In this document: positions 30,001 to 39,854 of the stretch, in pieces
Position numbering within the stretch: position 1 is the first letter of the stretch
How the letters are laid out: each line of letters begins with the position of its first letter
Origin: an uncultured delta proteobacterium
GTDB taxonomy: Bacteria > Myxococcota > Myxococcia > Myxococcales > Myxococcaceae
Assembly: GCA_963776345.1 (NCBI GenBank)
Contig: CAVZMH010000016.1
Location: 672,001 to 736,000 of the forward strand
Length of the DNA stretch: 64,000 bases
Direction of reading: 5' to 3'
Made by a program: the position numbers and the translations under genes
The notes under the pieces: generated by a model
Databases searched by the model: none
What the model saw: the letters and a program-made list of their open reading frames with translations, nothing else
Told to the model about the DNA's origin: nothing

Positions 30001-33000
30001 CGGTTGCTCGGATGCGGTCTGCTCGGGGTCCTGTGGATGCTGGCGCCCTGGGTGGCGCACCACCTCAGCAGGTCGCCGGTCCGGTCCGAGCGCCGGATGC
30101 TTCCCAAGCTACGGGGAGATGCACTCCGCTACGCGCTCCTCCACTGGAACTTCTTCCGCCGCTTCGTGACCGCCGACACGCAGTGGCTTGCTCCGGACAA
30201 CTTCCAGGAGAGCCCGGCGCCGGTGGTGGCGATGCGCACCTCGCCGACCAACATCGGACTGCAGCTCCTGGCCACGGTGAGCGCTCACGACCTGGGCTTC
30301 GTGACGCTGGAGGAGATGGTCACCCGGCTGGAGCGAGCCTTTGCCTCGATGGAACGGCTGCGTCGGTTCCGCGGCCACTTCTGCAACTGGTACGACCTGA
30401 AAACCCTGGAGGACATGGCGCCCGCCTACATCTCCACGGTCGACAGCGGGAACCTGGCGGGGCACCTCATCGCGCTCCGTCAGGCCTGCCTCGCCGCGGC
30501 CGATGAGCCGGTGCTCGACCGCCGCCTCTGGCCGGCGGTGGACGCCGCACTGGCGCTGGCCCAGGAAGCCTCGGGGCGGCCGATGGCGGCCCGACTTCAG
30601 GAATTGCGCGACGCGCTGGGCTCCGCCGCCGAGCAGATGGACGTGCGGGCGACACTGGCGACGGCGGGCGGCCTTCTCGCCCAGGCCGCGCGCAGCGCTG
30701 ACGCCGACACGCCAGCGAGCCCCTGGCTCAGCTGGGCCACCGAACGAATCGACGCCTCACGCACGCTCGTCGAAGGCCTGGTGCCCACGGCGGTCCCCTC
30801 CCGCCGCGAGACCGTCCAGCCACGTTTCCCCTCCTGGCGTCAGCGGGCCTCCGCTTCGCCCGCGGCGGCGGCGCTGGTGACCCGCCTGGAGGCGCTGGCA
30901 GCCCAGTGCGACCGGCTGGTCACCGAGATGGACTTTGGCTTCCTCTACGACGCGCCGCGGGCGCTGTTCGCCATCGGCTACCAGCTCACCAGCCACGCCC
31001 TCGATCGCTCCCACTACGATCTGCTTGCCTCCGAGGCGCGACTGGCGAGCTTCGTCGCGATCGCCAAGAACGACGTCCCGGTCGAGCACTGGTTCCACCT
31101 CGGGCGGGATCTGACCCGTGCCGCTGGCGCCACCGCGCTGATGTCGTGGAGCGGGACGATGTTCGAGTACCTGATGCCGGCGCTGGTGATGCGGTCGTTT
31201 CCCTTCACCCTGCTCGATCAGACCTACCAGGGGGCTGTCGGCCGGCAGATTGCCTTCGGAAGCGGGCGCGGCGTGCCCTGGGGAATCAGCGAGAGCGCCT
31301 ACAACCTGCGCGACCACGCCCAGACCTACCAGTACCGTACCTTCGGGGTGCCCGATCTGGCGTTGAAACGCGGCCTGGACGCCGACCTGGTGGTCGCCCC
31401 CTACGCCTCGGCACTGGCGGCGCTGGTCGAGCCGGTGCGCGCGCTGGCCAACCTCCGTGCCCTGGAACGCAAAGGGGCGCTGGGACCCTATGGCTTCCGC
31501 GACGCGCTGGACTTCACCCGCCCCGCTCCAGGCCGTCCCTTTGCGGTGGTCGAGAACTACATGGCGCACCACCTGGGCATGGGACTGGTGGCGCTCACCA
31601 ACGCGGTCACCGCCGAACGCTGGCAGGAGCGGTTCCACTCCGACCCGCTGGTGCGCGCCGCGGAGCTGCTGCTGTACGAGCGCATCCCGCGCAAGCTGGT
31701 CTTCCAGGAACCTCAGGCCGCCCGGGCCGAGGCGGCGCTGCCCGATCCCGAGCTGGAGCGGCCGGCGGTCCGACAGTTCGACACCGCCGACACGCCGCAG
31801 CCGCGAGTGGCGCTTCTGGGACGGCTCCCCTACACCATCATGATCACCAACGGCGGCTCGGGGTACAGCCGCCTGGGAGACCTGGCGGTGACTCGGTGGC
31901 GGGCCGACGGCACGGCCGATGCGAGCGGACAGTTCTGCTACCTGAGGGACGTGGCGTCGGGACGCGTCTGGTCCAGCGCGCATCAGCCCACCTGTGCTGC
32001 CGCCGACTCGTACCAGGCGGCGCTGGCGACCGACCGGGTGATCTTCCACCGCACCGACGGCTACTTCGAGACGCGCACCGAGATCACCACCGCTCCGGAC
32101 GATTCGGCGGAGGTACGGCGAGTCACGGTGACCAACAACGGCAACCGGGCCAGCGAGGTGGAGCTGACCAGCTACGGCGAATGGGTGCTGGCCGCGCCGG
32201 ACGCGGACCGGGCCCATCCTGCCTTCGGCAACCTCTTCGTCGAGACCGAGTGGCACGAGTGGTGTCAGGCCATCACTGCCAGCCGGCGACCGCGCTCCAA
32301 GGGAGAAGCGCGGCTGTACGGGGTCCACGTCGTCGCCCTTCCCGAGGTCTCGGTGGGTGGGGTGACGTTCGAGACGGATCGGGCGCGGTTTCTCGGTCGG
32401 GGGCGCTCGGTGAGGAACCCGGCGGCCGTGGACCAGGGCGTGAAGCTCAGCGGTTCGGCCGGTGCGGTGCTCGATCCCATCTTCGCGCTGCGAACGCGGC
32501 TGCGGCTGTTGCCCGGGCGTTCGGCGTCGGTCTCGTTCACCACCGCCGTGGGCAGCACCCGGGAACGCGCCTTCGACCTGGCCGATCGCTACCGCGACCC
32601 GCACTCCGCCCAGCGGGCTCTGGACCTCGCCTGGACCACGGCGCAGATCGAGCTGCGCGAGCTGAAGACTTCCTCGGCCGAAGCGGCGCTGTACCAGAAG
32701 CTGGCCGGCGACCTCTTCTTCTCCGACCCGCTGCTGCGCGCACCCGCGCCCGAGCTGCGGCGAAACACCGGCTCGCAGCCGCTCCTGTGGGCCATCGGTC
32801 TGTCGGGCAACTGGCCCATCGTCCTGGCCACGGTGGACTCGACCGATGGGCTGTCCACGGTGGGCGAGCTGCTGCGGGCGCACCGGTTCTGGCGGCGGCG
32901 CGGGATGACCGTCGACCTGGTGATCCTCAACACTCGCGCCACCTCCTACGTGCAGGCGCTGACCGAGAAGCTCACCTCGGCCGTCTTCGCCTCCAGCGAA

Positions 33001-35664
33001 GCCAGTGTGCACGAGCAGCCGGGTGGGGTGTGGGTGCGGCGAAAGGAGCTCCTTCGGGTCGAGGAGCTCGCCATGCTGCGCGCCACCGCCCGGGTGCACG
33101 TGGTGTGTGACGGCCGCAAGCTGGGACAGATCGTCGATCCCGGTCAGGTGGACCTGCGGCGCGCTGCGGAGGAATCCCGTTCCACCCGCGGACCGCTCCA
33201 GCGGCTGGGGATCGGACTGGCCGACCGGATGCGCATCCCCGCGCCTCGCCCGCGGACGGTGACCGGGGGCACGGCGAGCGGCGGGCAGGCGGCGCCGGCG
33301 GGGGTGCCGGCCCCTGCCACGCTGCTGCTGGACAACGGGCTCGGTGGACTCGCCGCCGACGGTTCGTACGAGATCCGGCTCGGAGCCTCCGGGCTCCCGC
33401 CTGCGCCCTGGGCCAACGTGGTGGCCAGCGAGGCCGGCGGCTTCGTGGTCACCGAACGGGGCGGCGGCTTCAGCTGGGCGTGCAACAGCTACTTCTACCG
33501 ACTCACCCCCTGGCACAACGATCCGGTGAGCGATCCGGTGAGCGAGGTCCTCTACCTACGGGACGAGGACACGCACGCGCTGTGGACGGCGACCCCGGGT
33601 CCGAGCTCCGACGGCTCTGACTACACCGTCCGCCATGCTCCAGGGATGTCGAGCTTCTCGCACCTGCACCAGGACATCCGCAGCGAGCTGACCCTGGGGC
33701 TGGTCGAGCGGAGCGGGGTGAAGGTGTCGCGCCTTCGCTTGCTGAACTCCGGCAGCCGGCCACGACGGATCTCGGTCACCGCCTACGTGGAGTGGGTGCT
33801 CGGCCCCGAGCGCGAGCACGGCCAGCACCAGATCTGGACGGAGTACGACGCCGCGCGGGGAGCGGTGTTCGCCCAGAACACCTTCGACCCGCAGTTCGCG
33901 ACCTGGGTGGCATTCTGCGCCATGTCCCCCCTGCCGCAGGGGCACACCGGGGATCGCCGGGAGTTCCTGGGGAGGAACGGGACCGCAGCCGACCCGTTGG
34001 GACTGCGCGACCACCACCTCGCCGGCCGCACCGGGGCAGCCCTCGACCCGTGTGCCGTCCTGCAGCGGGTGGTGCAGCTCGGCCCGGGCCAATCCACCGA
34101 GGTCGTGGTGCTGCTGGGCGCCCGCCCCTCGCGCGCCGAGGCACAGACGGAGGTGGATGGGCACCGGGCGGCAGACGCGCCGCGGAACGACCTGGCCACG
34201 GTCGCGGCGTGGGAGGAGCGGCTCTCGGTGGTGCGGGTCACCACCCCGGATCCGGCCTTCGATGCGTTGATCAACCGCTGGCTCCTCTACCAGGCGCTCT
34301 CCTGCCGGATGTGGGGCCGGTCGGCGCTGTACCAGAGCGGAGGCGCGTACGGATTTCGGGATCAACTCCAAGACTCGATGGCCTTCCTCTACGCCGACCC
34401 TGGACTGTCGCGCAGCCACCTCCTCCGGGCGTCCGCGCGTCAGTTCGTGGAGGGGGACGTGCAGCACTGGTGGCATCCCGAGAGCGGCCGCGGCGTGCGG
34501 ACCCGCATCTCGGACGACCTGGCCTGGTTGCCGTTCGTGGTCGAGCGCTACGTCCGGGTCACCGCGGATGCGGGCGTGCTGGATGTCGAGGTGCCCTTCC
34601 TCTCCCTGCGTCCCCTGGGTCCGGAGGAGCACGAGCTCTACGACCTGCCGTCGGTGTCCACGGAGCGGGGGAGCGTGTACGAGCACTGCCGCCGCGCGCT
34701 CCGGAGGGCCTGCACCACGGGCGCTCATGGACTGCCGCTGATCGGAACCGGCGACTGGAACGACGGGATGAACCGCGTGGGCGTCGAGGGGCGGGGCGAG
34801 AGCGTGTGGCTGGCCTGGTTCCTGGTCAGCACGCTGCGCTCGTTCGCCATCCTGACGGACGGGCGGGGAGACGCAGCGGAGGCAGCCTGGATGCGAACGC
34901 AGGCTGACGCCTACGCCGGCGCGCTCGAGGAGCACGGCTGGGATGGAGCCTGGTACCGGCGCGCCTTCTTCGACGACGGCACGCCGCTCGGGTCGGCCCA
35001 GAACGAGGAGTGCCGCATCGACTCCATCGCCCAGAGCTGGAGCGTGATCTCCCGGGCAGGCCGGCCCGAACGCCAGGTCCGGGCCATGCGTTCGCTCCGC
35101 CAGCACCTGGTCGATCCACGGGCGCGGCTGATCGCGCTGCTGACACCTCCCTTCGACCACGCACTGCCCGATCCGGGTTACATCCAGGGGTACCTTCCGG
35201 GCGTCCGCGAGAACGGGGCCCAGTACACGCACGCCGCGCTGTGGGCGGTGCTGGCCATGGCGATGCAGAACGAGGGCGACCTGGCCTTCGAGCACTTCCA
35301 GATGCTCAATCCGTTCACCCACGCCGCCACGCCGGAGGGAGTGGCCACCTACAAGGTGGAGCCCTACGTGGTGGCAGCCGACGTGTACACCGCACCCGGC
35401 CAGCTCGGGCGGGGCGGATGGACCTGGTACACCGGCTCGGCAAGCTGGATGTACCGCGTCGGGCTGGAGGCCATCCTCGGTTTCAAGAAGGAGGGCGCCA
35501 CGCTGCGCCTCGAGCCGTGTGTCCCCCGGGCCTGGACGGAGTTCCGCATCGACTACCGCTACGGCACGAGCCGGTACTCGATCGCCGCCGCCCGCGCGCA
35601 GCCGGGCGGGCGGTCCCGGGTGCTTCTGGATGGCGAGGAGGCGCAGGGGGGCTCATTCCGCTGA
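27016..35664 (+). CDS. ndvB: Cyclic beta-1,2-glucan synthase (NdvB/ChvB/Cgs-like; GT, glucoamylase-like and GH94 domains); extreme C-terminus apparently frameshifted
   Basis: EWLLDNFY, WERKRGKL, VITLDADT, LLSHDL.EG, HRWIRGDWQ, RTSPTNIG, YDLLASEAR, YQSGGAYGFRDQLQD, GDWNDGMN, ENGAQYTH, WYTGSA. Confidence 0.95.
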   Translation: MRRPATGTSSFRPSPLVPPWRRWLARLSLAPDDSEQILRGPLGGELLGPEALAERARTIAEAQQAGARFGRGTPLLDRLDATRRILAAAHARLTEASSGGEVGPAGEWLLDNFYVVQDHISEVRETLPPGYYRELPVLVSGPLAGYPRVYELATSLISHTEARLDLETIRPFVTAFQEVTPLNIGELWALPAMLRLGLVESVRRMTLRTVQRLDQFAIADGWAARLQAAEQAGPDALTAAVTAFSQAHPAATSEFVSRLHQQLRFENSRAAIEWLESWLVEEGHGAEEAVARATQRLALTQVIMANSITSLRTVGGLDWQAFVEGQSRLETALRTDPAGVYPQMTFETRDTYRHVAERLARRTGSDEVAVALRAVALSSNSPASSAPTSHVGWFLVDEGLGDLERALQARLSLFERAARAVRRHPTLPLGLGMTLGTVTCLALLLWMAGPAARQAWPAIILLGLVPAHELAVQALQQLVTQFLPPRRLPKLDFLETGSVPPELATAVVVPTLFGSVGAVERALESLEVQFLANRGPNLKFVVLSDFTDATSETRPGDAEIVAAAQAGVQALEARYGDGRETTFYLLHRARRWNPAQRVWMGWERKRGKLTQFNHLVLGKEEGAFGFTVGDLPALRAIRFVITLDADTLLPPDTAPTLIGALAHPLNRAVYDPALERVVRGYAILQPRVGVSLPSANRTLFASIVSGAPGVDPYTTAVSDVYQDLYDEGSYTGKGIYDVEAFERATCDRFPENALLSHDLIEGGFARAGLVTDVQVFDDFPSRYLTWTERKHRWIRGDWQLLRWMMRNVPAPGGKRRNPLSILSRWKIFDNLRRSILEVAQVALLVAGWTVLPGSPLRWTALTVLAVGAPWIMTGLLAVVRPPLDRSWRAYYVAVAHDAVVSARQAFLTVAFLPHQAWISADAILRTVWRLTVSRRNLLQWQTASQTERSRLGSAGDLWRSMWPTVALTAVLVGLLVHRSLHAPTWGALPLRDWTARLLGCGLLGVLWMLAPWVAHHLSRSPVRSERRMLPKLRGDALRYALLHWNFFRRFVTADTQWLAPDNFQESPAPVVAMRTSPTNIGLQLLATVSAHDLGFVTLEEMVTRLERAFASMERLRRFRGHFCNWYDLKTLEDMAPAYISTVDSGNLAGHLIALRQACLAAADEPVLDRRLWPAVDAALALAQEASGRPMAARLQELRDALGSAAEQMDVRATLATAGGLLAQAARSADADTPASPWLSWATERIDASRTLVEGLVPTAVPSRRETVQPRFPSWRQRASASPAAAALVTRLEALAAQCDRLVTEMDFGFLYDAPRALFAIGYQLTSHALDRSHYDLLASEARLASFVAIAKNDVPVEHWFHLGRDLTRAAGATALMSWSGTMFEYLMPALVMRSFPFTLLDQTYQGAVGRQIAFGSGRGVPWGISESAYNLRDHAQTYQYRTFGVPDLALKRGLDADLVVAPYASALAALVEPVRALANLRALERKGALGPYGFRDALDFTRPAPGRPFAVVENYMAHHLGMGLVALTNAVTAERWQERFHSDPLVRAAELLLYERIPRKLVFQEPQAARAEAALPDPELERPAVRQFDTADTPQPRVALLGRLPYTIMITNGGSGYSRLGDLAVTRWRADGTADASGQFCYLRDVASGRVWSSAHQPTCAAADSYQAALATDRVIFHRTDGYFETRTEITTAPDDSAEVRRVTVTNNGNRASEVELTSYGEWVLAAPDADRAHPAFGNLFVETEWHEWCQAITASRRPRSKGEARLYGVHVVALPEVSVGGVTFETDRARFLGRGRSVRNPAAVDQGVKLSGSAGAVLDPIFALRTRLRLLPGRSASVSFTTAVGSTRERAFDLADRYRDPHSAQRALDLAWTTAQIELRELKTSSAEAALYQKLAGDLFFSDPLLRAPAPELRRNTGSQPLLWAIGLSGNWPIVLATVDSTDGLSTVGELLRAHRFWRRRGMTVDLVILNTRATSYVQALTEKLTSAVFASSEASVHEQPGGVWVRRKELLRVEELAMLRATARVHVVCDGRKLGQIVDPGQVDLRRAAEESRSTRGPLQRLGIGLADRMRIPAPRPRTVTGGTASGGQAAPAGVPAPATLLLDNGLGGLAADGSYEIRLGASGLPPAPWANVVASEAGGFVVTERGGGFSWACNSYFYRLTPWHNDPVSDPVSEVLYLRDEDTHALWTATPGPSSDGSDYTVRHAPGMSSFSHLHQDIRSELTLGLVERSGVKVSRLRLLNSGSRPRRISVTAYVEWVLGPEREHGQHQIWTEYDAARGAVFAQNTFDPQFATWVAFCAMSPLPQGHTGDRREFLGRNGTAADPLGLRDHHLAGRTGAALDPCAVLQRVVQLGPGQSTEVVVLLGARPSRAEAQTEVDGHRAADAPRNDLATVAAWEERLSVVRVTTPDPAFDALINRWLLYQALSCRMWGRSALYQSGGAYGFRDQLQDSMAFLYADPGLSRSHLLRASARQFVEGDVQHWWHPESGRGVRTRISDDLAWLPFVVERYVRVTADAGVLDVEVPFLSLRPLGPEEHELYDLPSVSTERGSVYEHCRRALRRACTTGAHGLPLIGTGDWNDGMNRVGVEGRGESVWLAWFLVSTLRSFAILTDGRGDAAEAAWMRTQADAYAGALEEHGWDGAWYRRAFFDDGTPLGSAQNEECRIDSIAQSWSVISRAGRPERQVRAMRSLRQHLVDPRARLIALLTPPFDHALPDPGYIQGYLPGVRENGAQYTHAALWAVLAMAMQNEGDLAFEHFQMLNPFTHAATPEGVATYKVEPYVVAADVYTAPGQLGRGGWTWYTGSASWMYRVGLEAILGFKKEGATLRLEPCVPRAWTEFRIDYRYGTSRYSIAAARAQPGGRSRVLLDGEEAQGGSFR

Positions 35665-35933
35665 CGGACGACGGACGCCAGCACGAGGTCTCGGTCACGT
35701 TCGCGCGACCGGGCCGCTCGCCGACGGGGAGCCTCCGCCTTCGTCTCCGGGTTGAGGGTTGCGAACAGCCGATTCGCCTCGGCACTGCCGGGGGGCATGT
35801 GCTCAAGCGTGTGTCCACTGTCCGAGCACGGGTCTCGTTTCCTGCCGGGTCCAGCTGGGTGTTCGCGAGGAATCACCCCCGCCGTCTCCTCCGTAGGGTG
35901 CCGGGCATTTCGGGCTACACTCCGGTCCTTCGC

Positions 35934-36521
35934 GTGCACACCCCCTCGAGTCGAAGAAACGCCCCCCGTCCGGCGCCGGCCCGTCAGCTGACGCGCCGGC
36001 GCTTCCTCGCAGCCGGAGCCACCTTCGTCGCCTTGCCCTTGCTCGGCCTGCCCCGCCGCGCGCGCGCGGACGCCGGGTCGCTGCGAACGCTGTCGTTCCG
36101 GCACACCCACACCGGGGAGGCGCTGTCGCTCGCCTACGCGGCCGGCGATGCATACCTGCCGGAGGCGCTCGCCCGCATCAACTGGCTCCTGCGCGACTTC
36201 CGCAACGGCGAGATCAAGCCGATCGACCCGCAACTCCTCGATCAATTGCACACGCTGGCCGCGGTGACCGGCACCAGCGCGCCCTACGAGATCATTTCCG
36301 GCTATCGCTCGGCGGAGACCAACGCGTTGCTGCACCGGCATGGCAGCGGCGTCGCGACCCACAGCCTTCACCTCGAGGGACGCGCGATCGACCTCCGGCT
36401 CCCCGACGTCTCGCTCAGCGACCTGCGCGATGCGGCGCTCTCCCTCCGCGCGGGCGGCGTCGGATACTACGCGCACTCGCAGTTCGTCCACGTCGACACC
36501 GGCAAGGTGCGACGCTGGTAG
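35934..36521 (+). CDS. YcbK/DUF882 (peptidase M15A, MepK-like) with Tat signal
   Basis: TRRRFL twin-arginine signal, HTHTGE, LRDFR, ISGYRS, SLHLEGRAID, FVHVDTG..RRW; GTG start inferred. Confidence 0.9.
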   Translation: MHTPSSRRNAPRPAPARQLTRRRFLAAGATFVALPLLGLPRRARADAGSLRTLSFRHTHTGEALSLAYAAGDAYLPEALARINWLLRDFRNGEIKPIDPQLLDQLHTLAAVTGTSAPYEIISGYRSAETNALLHRHGSGVATHSLHLEGRAIDLRLPDVSLSDLRDAALSLRAGGVGYYAHSQFVHVDTGKVRRW

Positions 36522-36545
36522 CCGGGCGGCGTTCCGGCGGCGGCC

Positions 36546-38342
36546 TCACCCCGGCTTGCGTGGACCGGCGTAGAGCGCGGGGAGCTCGGCGCCGAGGAAG
36601 TCGAGCACGGCCTTTCGCCGAAGCTTCAGGGTCGGCGTGACGAGCTCCGGGTAATCCGTGGGGCTGCCCGGGACGACGAGCAGCCGCTTCGGCTTCTCGT
36701 AGTCGGAGAACGCGTCCAGGGGCTCGAGCGCGACCGGAAGAAGCGCCTCCGCCGGGTCCTTTCCTTCCTCCTTCAGCCGTGCGAGCTCGCCGCGCGGAAC
36801 GAACACCGCGGCGGTGACGTAGGGTCGACCGTCTCCGAGCAGGAGCGCACCCTCGAAGGGAGGCGTCGAGCCGAGCGCGGTCTCCACCGGCTCCGGCGCC
36901 ACCTTCTTCCCGGTGCTGAGCACGAGGAGGTGCTTCTTGCGCCCGGTGATGTGGAGCCAGCCCTCGCCGTCGAGCTCGCCCAGATCGCCCGTTCGGAAGA
37001 ACCCGTCGGCGGTCCACGAGCCCGCGTCGTCCTCGGGCTCGAGGTAGCCGGTGAGCATGAGCGGCCCGCGCAGGAGCAGCTCGTGATCCTCGGCGATGCG
37101 GAGCTCGTGGTCCGGGCTGACGAGCCCGACGCTCGACGGGTGCCGTCGCTCGCTGAAGACGTTCGAGGAGATCATCCCCGCGGTCTCGCTCATGCCGTAC
37201 AGCTCGACCAGCGGGATTCCCAGGCCCTCGAAGAACCGAAACAGCGCGGCGGACGTGGGCGCCCCGCCGGCGAACAGCCCCTCGATGCGCCCACCGAGGG
37301 CCGCGCGGATCTTCCGACCGACGAGCCGGTCGGCCAGCCGCGTCAGGAGGAGGTCGACGGCGCCCGACGCACCGTCGACGCGCACCCGCGCCGCCGACTC
37401 GAGCGCACGGTGGATCAGGCGATGCAGGGGACCGGGGAGGTGCCCCAGCCCTTCGAGCACCCGCGCGCGGATGCGCTCGTACACCAGCGGTACCGAGAAG
37501 ACGTAGGTCGGCCCGAGCGCGAGCGCCCGCGGGACATCGGAGGGGTGCGCGATGAGCAGCAGCGTGTGCCCCTCCGCAAGCGCCAGGGCGAACTGGTCGT
37601 GTCCGGCGACGTGGCCGAAGGGGAGCAGGTGCACCCCGACGTCGCGCTCGGTGCGCCCGGTCGACAACGCGCCGGCCTCGATGGCGTGGACGATGGTCCG
37701 CTGCGACAGACGCACGCCCTTCTGGCGCCCGGTGGTCCCGCTGGTAAAGAGCAAGAGGAACGGATCCCCCTCCTGCACCGACGCGGTACGCGCCTCGAAC
37801 TCATCGAGGGTGAGCGCCGGAGCGCCCTCACCGAGCGCCGCGCCCACGCTCGTGCCGCGAACGCCCGCGGGAAGCAGATCGGCGATGCCCGCGTCGACGG
37901 CCAGCACCGAGGTCAGCCCCTGCCCGGCGAGCGCCTCGCCGACCGGGGCCAGCTTGGCCCACTGCTCCTTCGTCGAGACGAACGCCACGCGCGGCCGGAC
38001 GCGGACCGCGATGTCCTGGACCGCGGCGCCGCCGAGGCTGGCGAACAGCGCCGACGGCTCGGCGCGGAGGAGCTGCGCGGCGAGCGCGACGGCCTGCCAC
38101 TCGGGGGAGTTCTCGGCGAGGAGCATCACGCGGTCGCCGGGCTTCACGCCGGCGCGCTCGAGAAACGCGGCGGCGCGGCACACCAGCGCGCGGAAATCGG
38201 AGAAGCGAACGTCCCGCGGCGGCCCGGCCACGCCGGGCGCCAGGAAGCGCAGGAAGACGCGGTCCGGAACGCGGCGCGCGGTCAACGCGAGCAGGCCCGG
38301 CAGGGTGCGGGCCGGGAATCGCACGATGGGGAGTTTCCGCAT
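36546..38342 (-). CDS. Long-chain fatty acid-CoA ligase family protein
   Basis: FTSGTTGRQKG, YGMSE, FRTGDLG, GRKK..LVLSTGKKVAP, TPTLKLRR. Confidence 0.88.
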   Translation of the reverse strand: MRKLPIVRFPARTLPGLLALTARRVPDRVFLRFLAPGVAGPPRDVRFSDFRALVCRAAAFLERAGVKPGDRVMLLAENSPEWQAVALAAQLLRAEPSALFASLGGAAVQDIAVRVRPRVAFVSTKEQWAKLAPVGEALAGQGLTSVLAVDAGIADLLPAGVRGTSVGAALGEGAPALTLDEFEARTASVQEGDPFLLLFTSGTTGRQKGVRLSQRTIVHAIEAGALSTGRTERDVGVHLLPFGHVAGHDQFALALAEGHTLLLIAHPSDVPRALALGPTYVFSVPLVYERIRARVLEGLGHLPGPLHRLIHRALESAARVRVDGASGAVDLLLTRLADRLVGRKIRAALGGRIEGLFAGGAPTSAALFRFFEGLGIPLVELYGMSETAGMISSNVFSERRHPSSVGLVSPDHELRIAEDHELLLRGPLMLTGYLEPEDDAGSWTADGFFRTGDLGELDGEGWLHITGRKKHLLVLSTGKKVAPEPVETALGSTPPFEGALLLGDGRPYVTAAVFVPRGELARLKEEGKDPAEALLPVALEPLDAFSDYEKPKRLLVVPGSPTDYPELVTPTLKLRRKAVLDFLGAELPALYAGPRKPG

Positions 38343-38671
38343 GGGCTGGCGGTCACCTTAGTGCGGGACCGCCCCGACGGCAGCCTCCGAAGCAGATCAG
38401 AGGGACTGGAGGTACTTGGGCGGGAAGCGCGAGACGAGCCAGGCCCATCGCCTGGCTCCACGACGAGGGCCTGGCCTTCTCCGATTCCTCGCCTCGCAAG
38501 GCTGAAGCGCCGACGCCGCGGGCGTATTCTGGGTGTAAGGAGCCGCGGCCCGCCGCGTCTGGTCAGTGCCGGGCGACGGGACGCGCCCCGACGACCGGGG
38601 GACGGGCCGCACGGAGCGCGCTTCGAGGGCGCATGACCCGTACGGATACGGACCTCCAGAAAGGCCTCGAC

Positions 38672-38838
38672 ATGTCGAACGGGCTCGACGGACTCAACAA
38701 GCTCGGGGGGACGTGATCGGCTCCTATCCCTGGCTCATCGGACCGGCTCTTGGCCTCGTTTGCGGCATCTTCTTCTCGGCGTGGCTCGTCGCGGTCGGCT
38801 TCAGGCTCCACAGCCTCCCGGCGGCCAGGCAGTCGTGA
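38672..38838 (+). CDS. Small single-pass membrane protein (frameshifted, or 14-aa leader coupled to a 41-aa peptide)
   Basis: AGAAAGG RBS, ATG 38672, G6 run 38705-38710, hydrophobic WLIGPALGLVCGIFFSAWLVAVGF in the shifted frame. Confidence 0.4.
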
Positions 38839-38876
38839 CCCCGGCCATCCTCGCGGTGCGTCCGGGCCGCTGGACT

Positions 38877-39854
38877 TCAGACCACCAGTCCGCTCTTCGC
38901 CACGGCCCAGCTCCACAGGCGCTCACGCTCGGCGGGAGTGTCGGAGCGCCGGGTGGACGCAAGCCGATGCAGCGGGCGGGGGCGCCGGTCGAGCCAGAAG
39001 CGCCCGCTCTGCTCGAGGGGCGCTCCGTCGGCGACGGCGAGCCAGACCAGCGTGTCGGCCCCCTCGGCGGGCGTTCGCAGGAAGGGACCGACGACGCGCC
39101 GGAACGTGGGCAGCGACCGCGCGACCCCCGGCGTGTCGGCCCAGCCGGGGTGCATCGCCTGCACCACGATTCCGTCCGCCGAGAGCCGCTTCGCCCACAG
39201 CTCGGCCAGAGTCACCTGGGCCCGCTTGGCGCGGGCATACGCCGTCGTCCCGTCGTAGCCGGCGGCCGGCATCTCCAGCCGCTCCACCGACAGGGGCTCG
39301 CTGTACATGCCCCCCGACGAGACCCAGATCACCCGGGAGGGAGCGCCGGCCCTGAGCGCTGGCCGGAGCAGACCGGTGAGCAGGAATGGGCCGACCACCT
39401 GGCTGGCGACGGTGAGCTCGATGCCCTGCGGACTCTCCTGCCGCACGTCGTCGAGCGCGCCCGCGTTGTGGATCAGCACGTGAATCGCGGGGTGGCGCTG
39501 CATCAGCTCCCCGGCAGCGCGGCGGACCGCCGGGAGATCGCCGGTGTCGGCGACGACGAAGCGAATGTTCGGGTTCCCCGTGGAGTGCCGCAGCTCGGCG
39601 CAGGTCGCCTCGGCCTTCACCCGGTTGCGGGCGATGACCTCGACCGTCGCGCCCAGACGGGCGAAGGCGCGGGCCGCCTCGAGCCCGAGCCCCGAGGTGC
39701 CCCCGGTGATCACCATCACCCGCCCGTCCAGCCGCACGCCCTCGAGCGGCGCCCAGTGCTCGAGCCGTCGGCGCAGCGTCGAGCCCAGCCGGGTGAAGCT
39801 GCCGGCGACGCTCCACTCCAGCACCGCATCCACCCGGTCGGCGACGGAGCTCAC
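38877..39854 (-). CDS. Short-chain dehydrogenase/reductase (DHRS12-like)
   Basis: ITGGTSGLG, HNAG, VSSGGMY, YARAK, MHPGWADTPG; GTG start coupled to SRPBCC. Confidence 0.9.
   Translation of the reverse strand: MSSVADRVDAVLEWSVAGSFTRLGSTLRRRLEHWAPLEGVRLDGRVMVITGGTSGLGLEAARAFARLGATVEVIARNRVKAEATCAELRHSTGNPNIRFVVADTGDLPAVRRAAGELMQRHPAIHVLIHNAGALDDVRQESPQGIELTVASQVVGPFLLTGLLRPALRAGAPSRVIWVSSGGMYSEPLSVERLEMPAAGYDGTTAYARAKRAQVTLAELWAKRLSADGIVVQAMHPGWADTPGVARSLPTFRRVVGPFLRTPAEGADTLVWLAVADGAPLEQSGRFWLDRRPRPLHRLASTRRSDTPAERERLWSWAVAKSGLVV

Noticed and set aside
33520..33545. 12-bp tandem repeat in ndvB
   Set aside because: Encodes the family NDPVSDP motif
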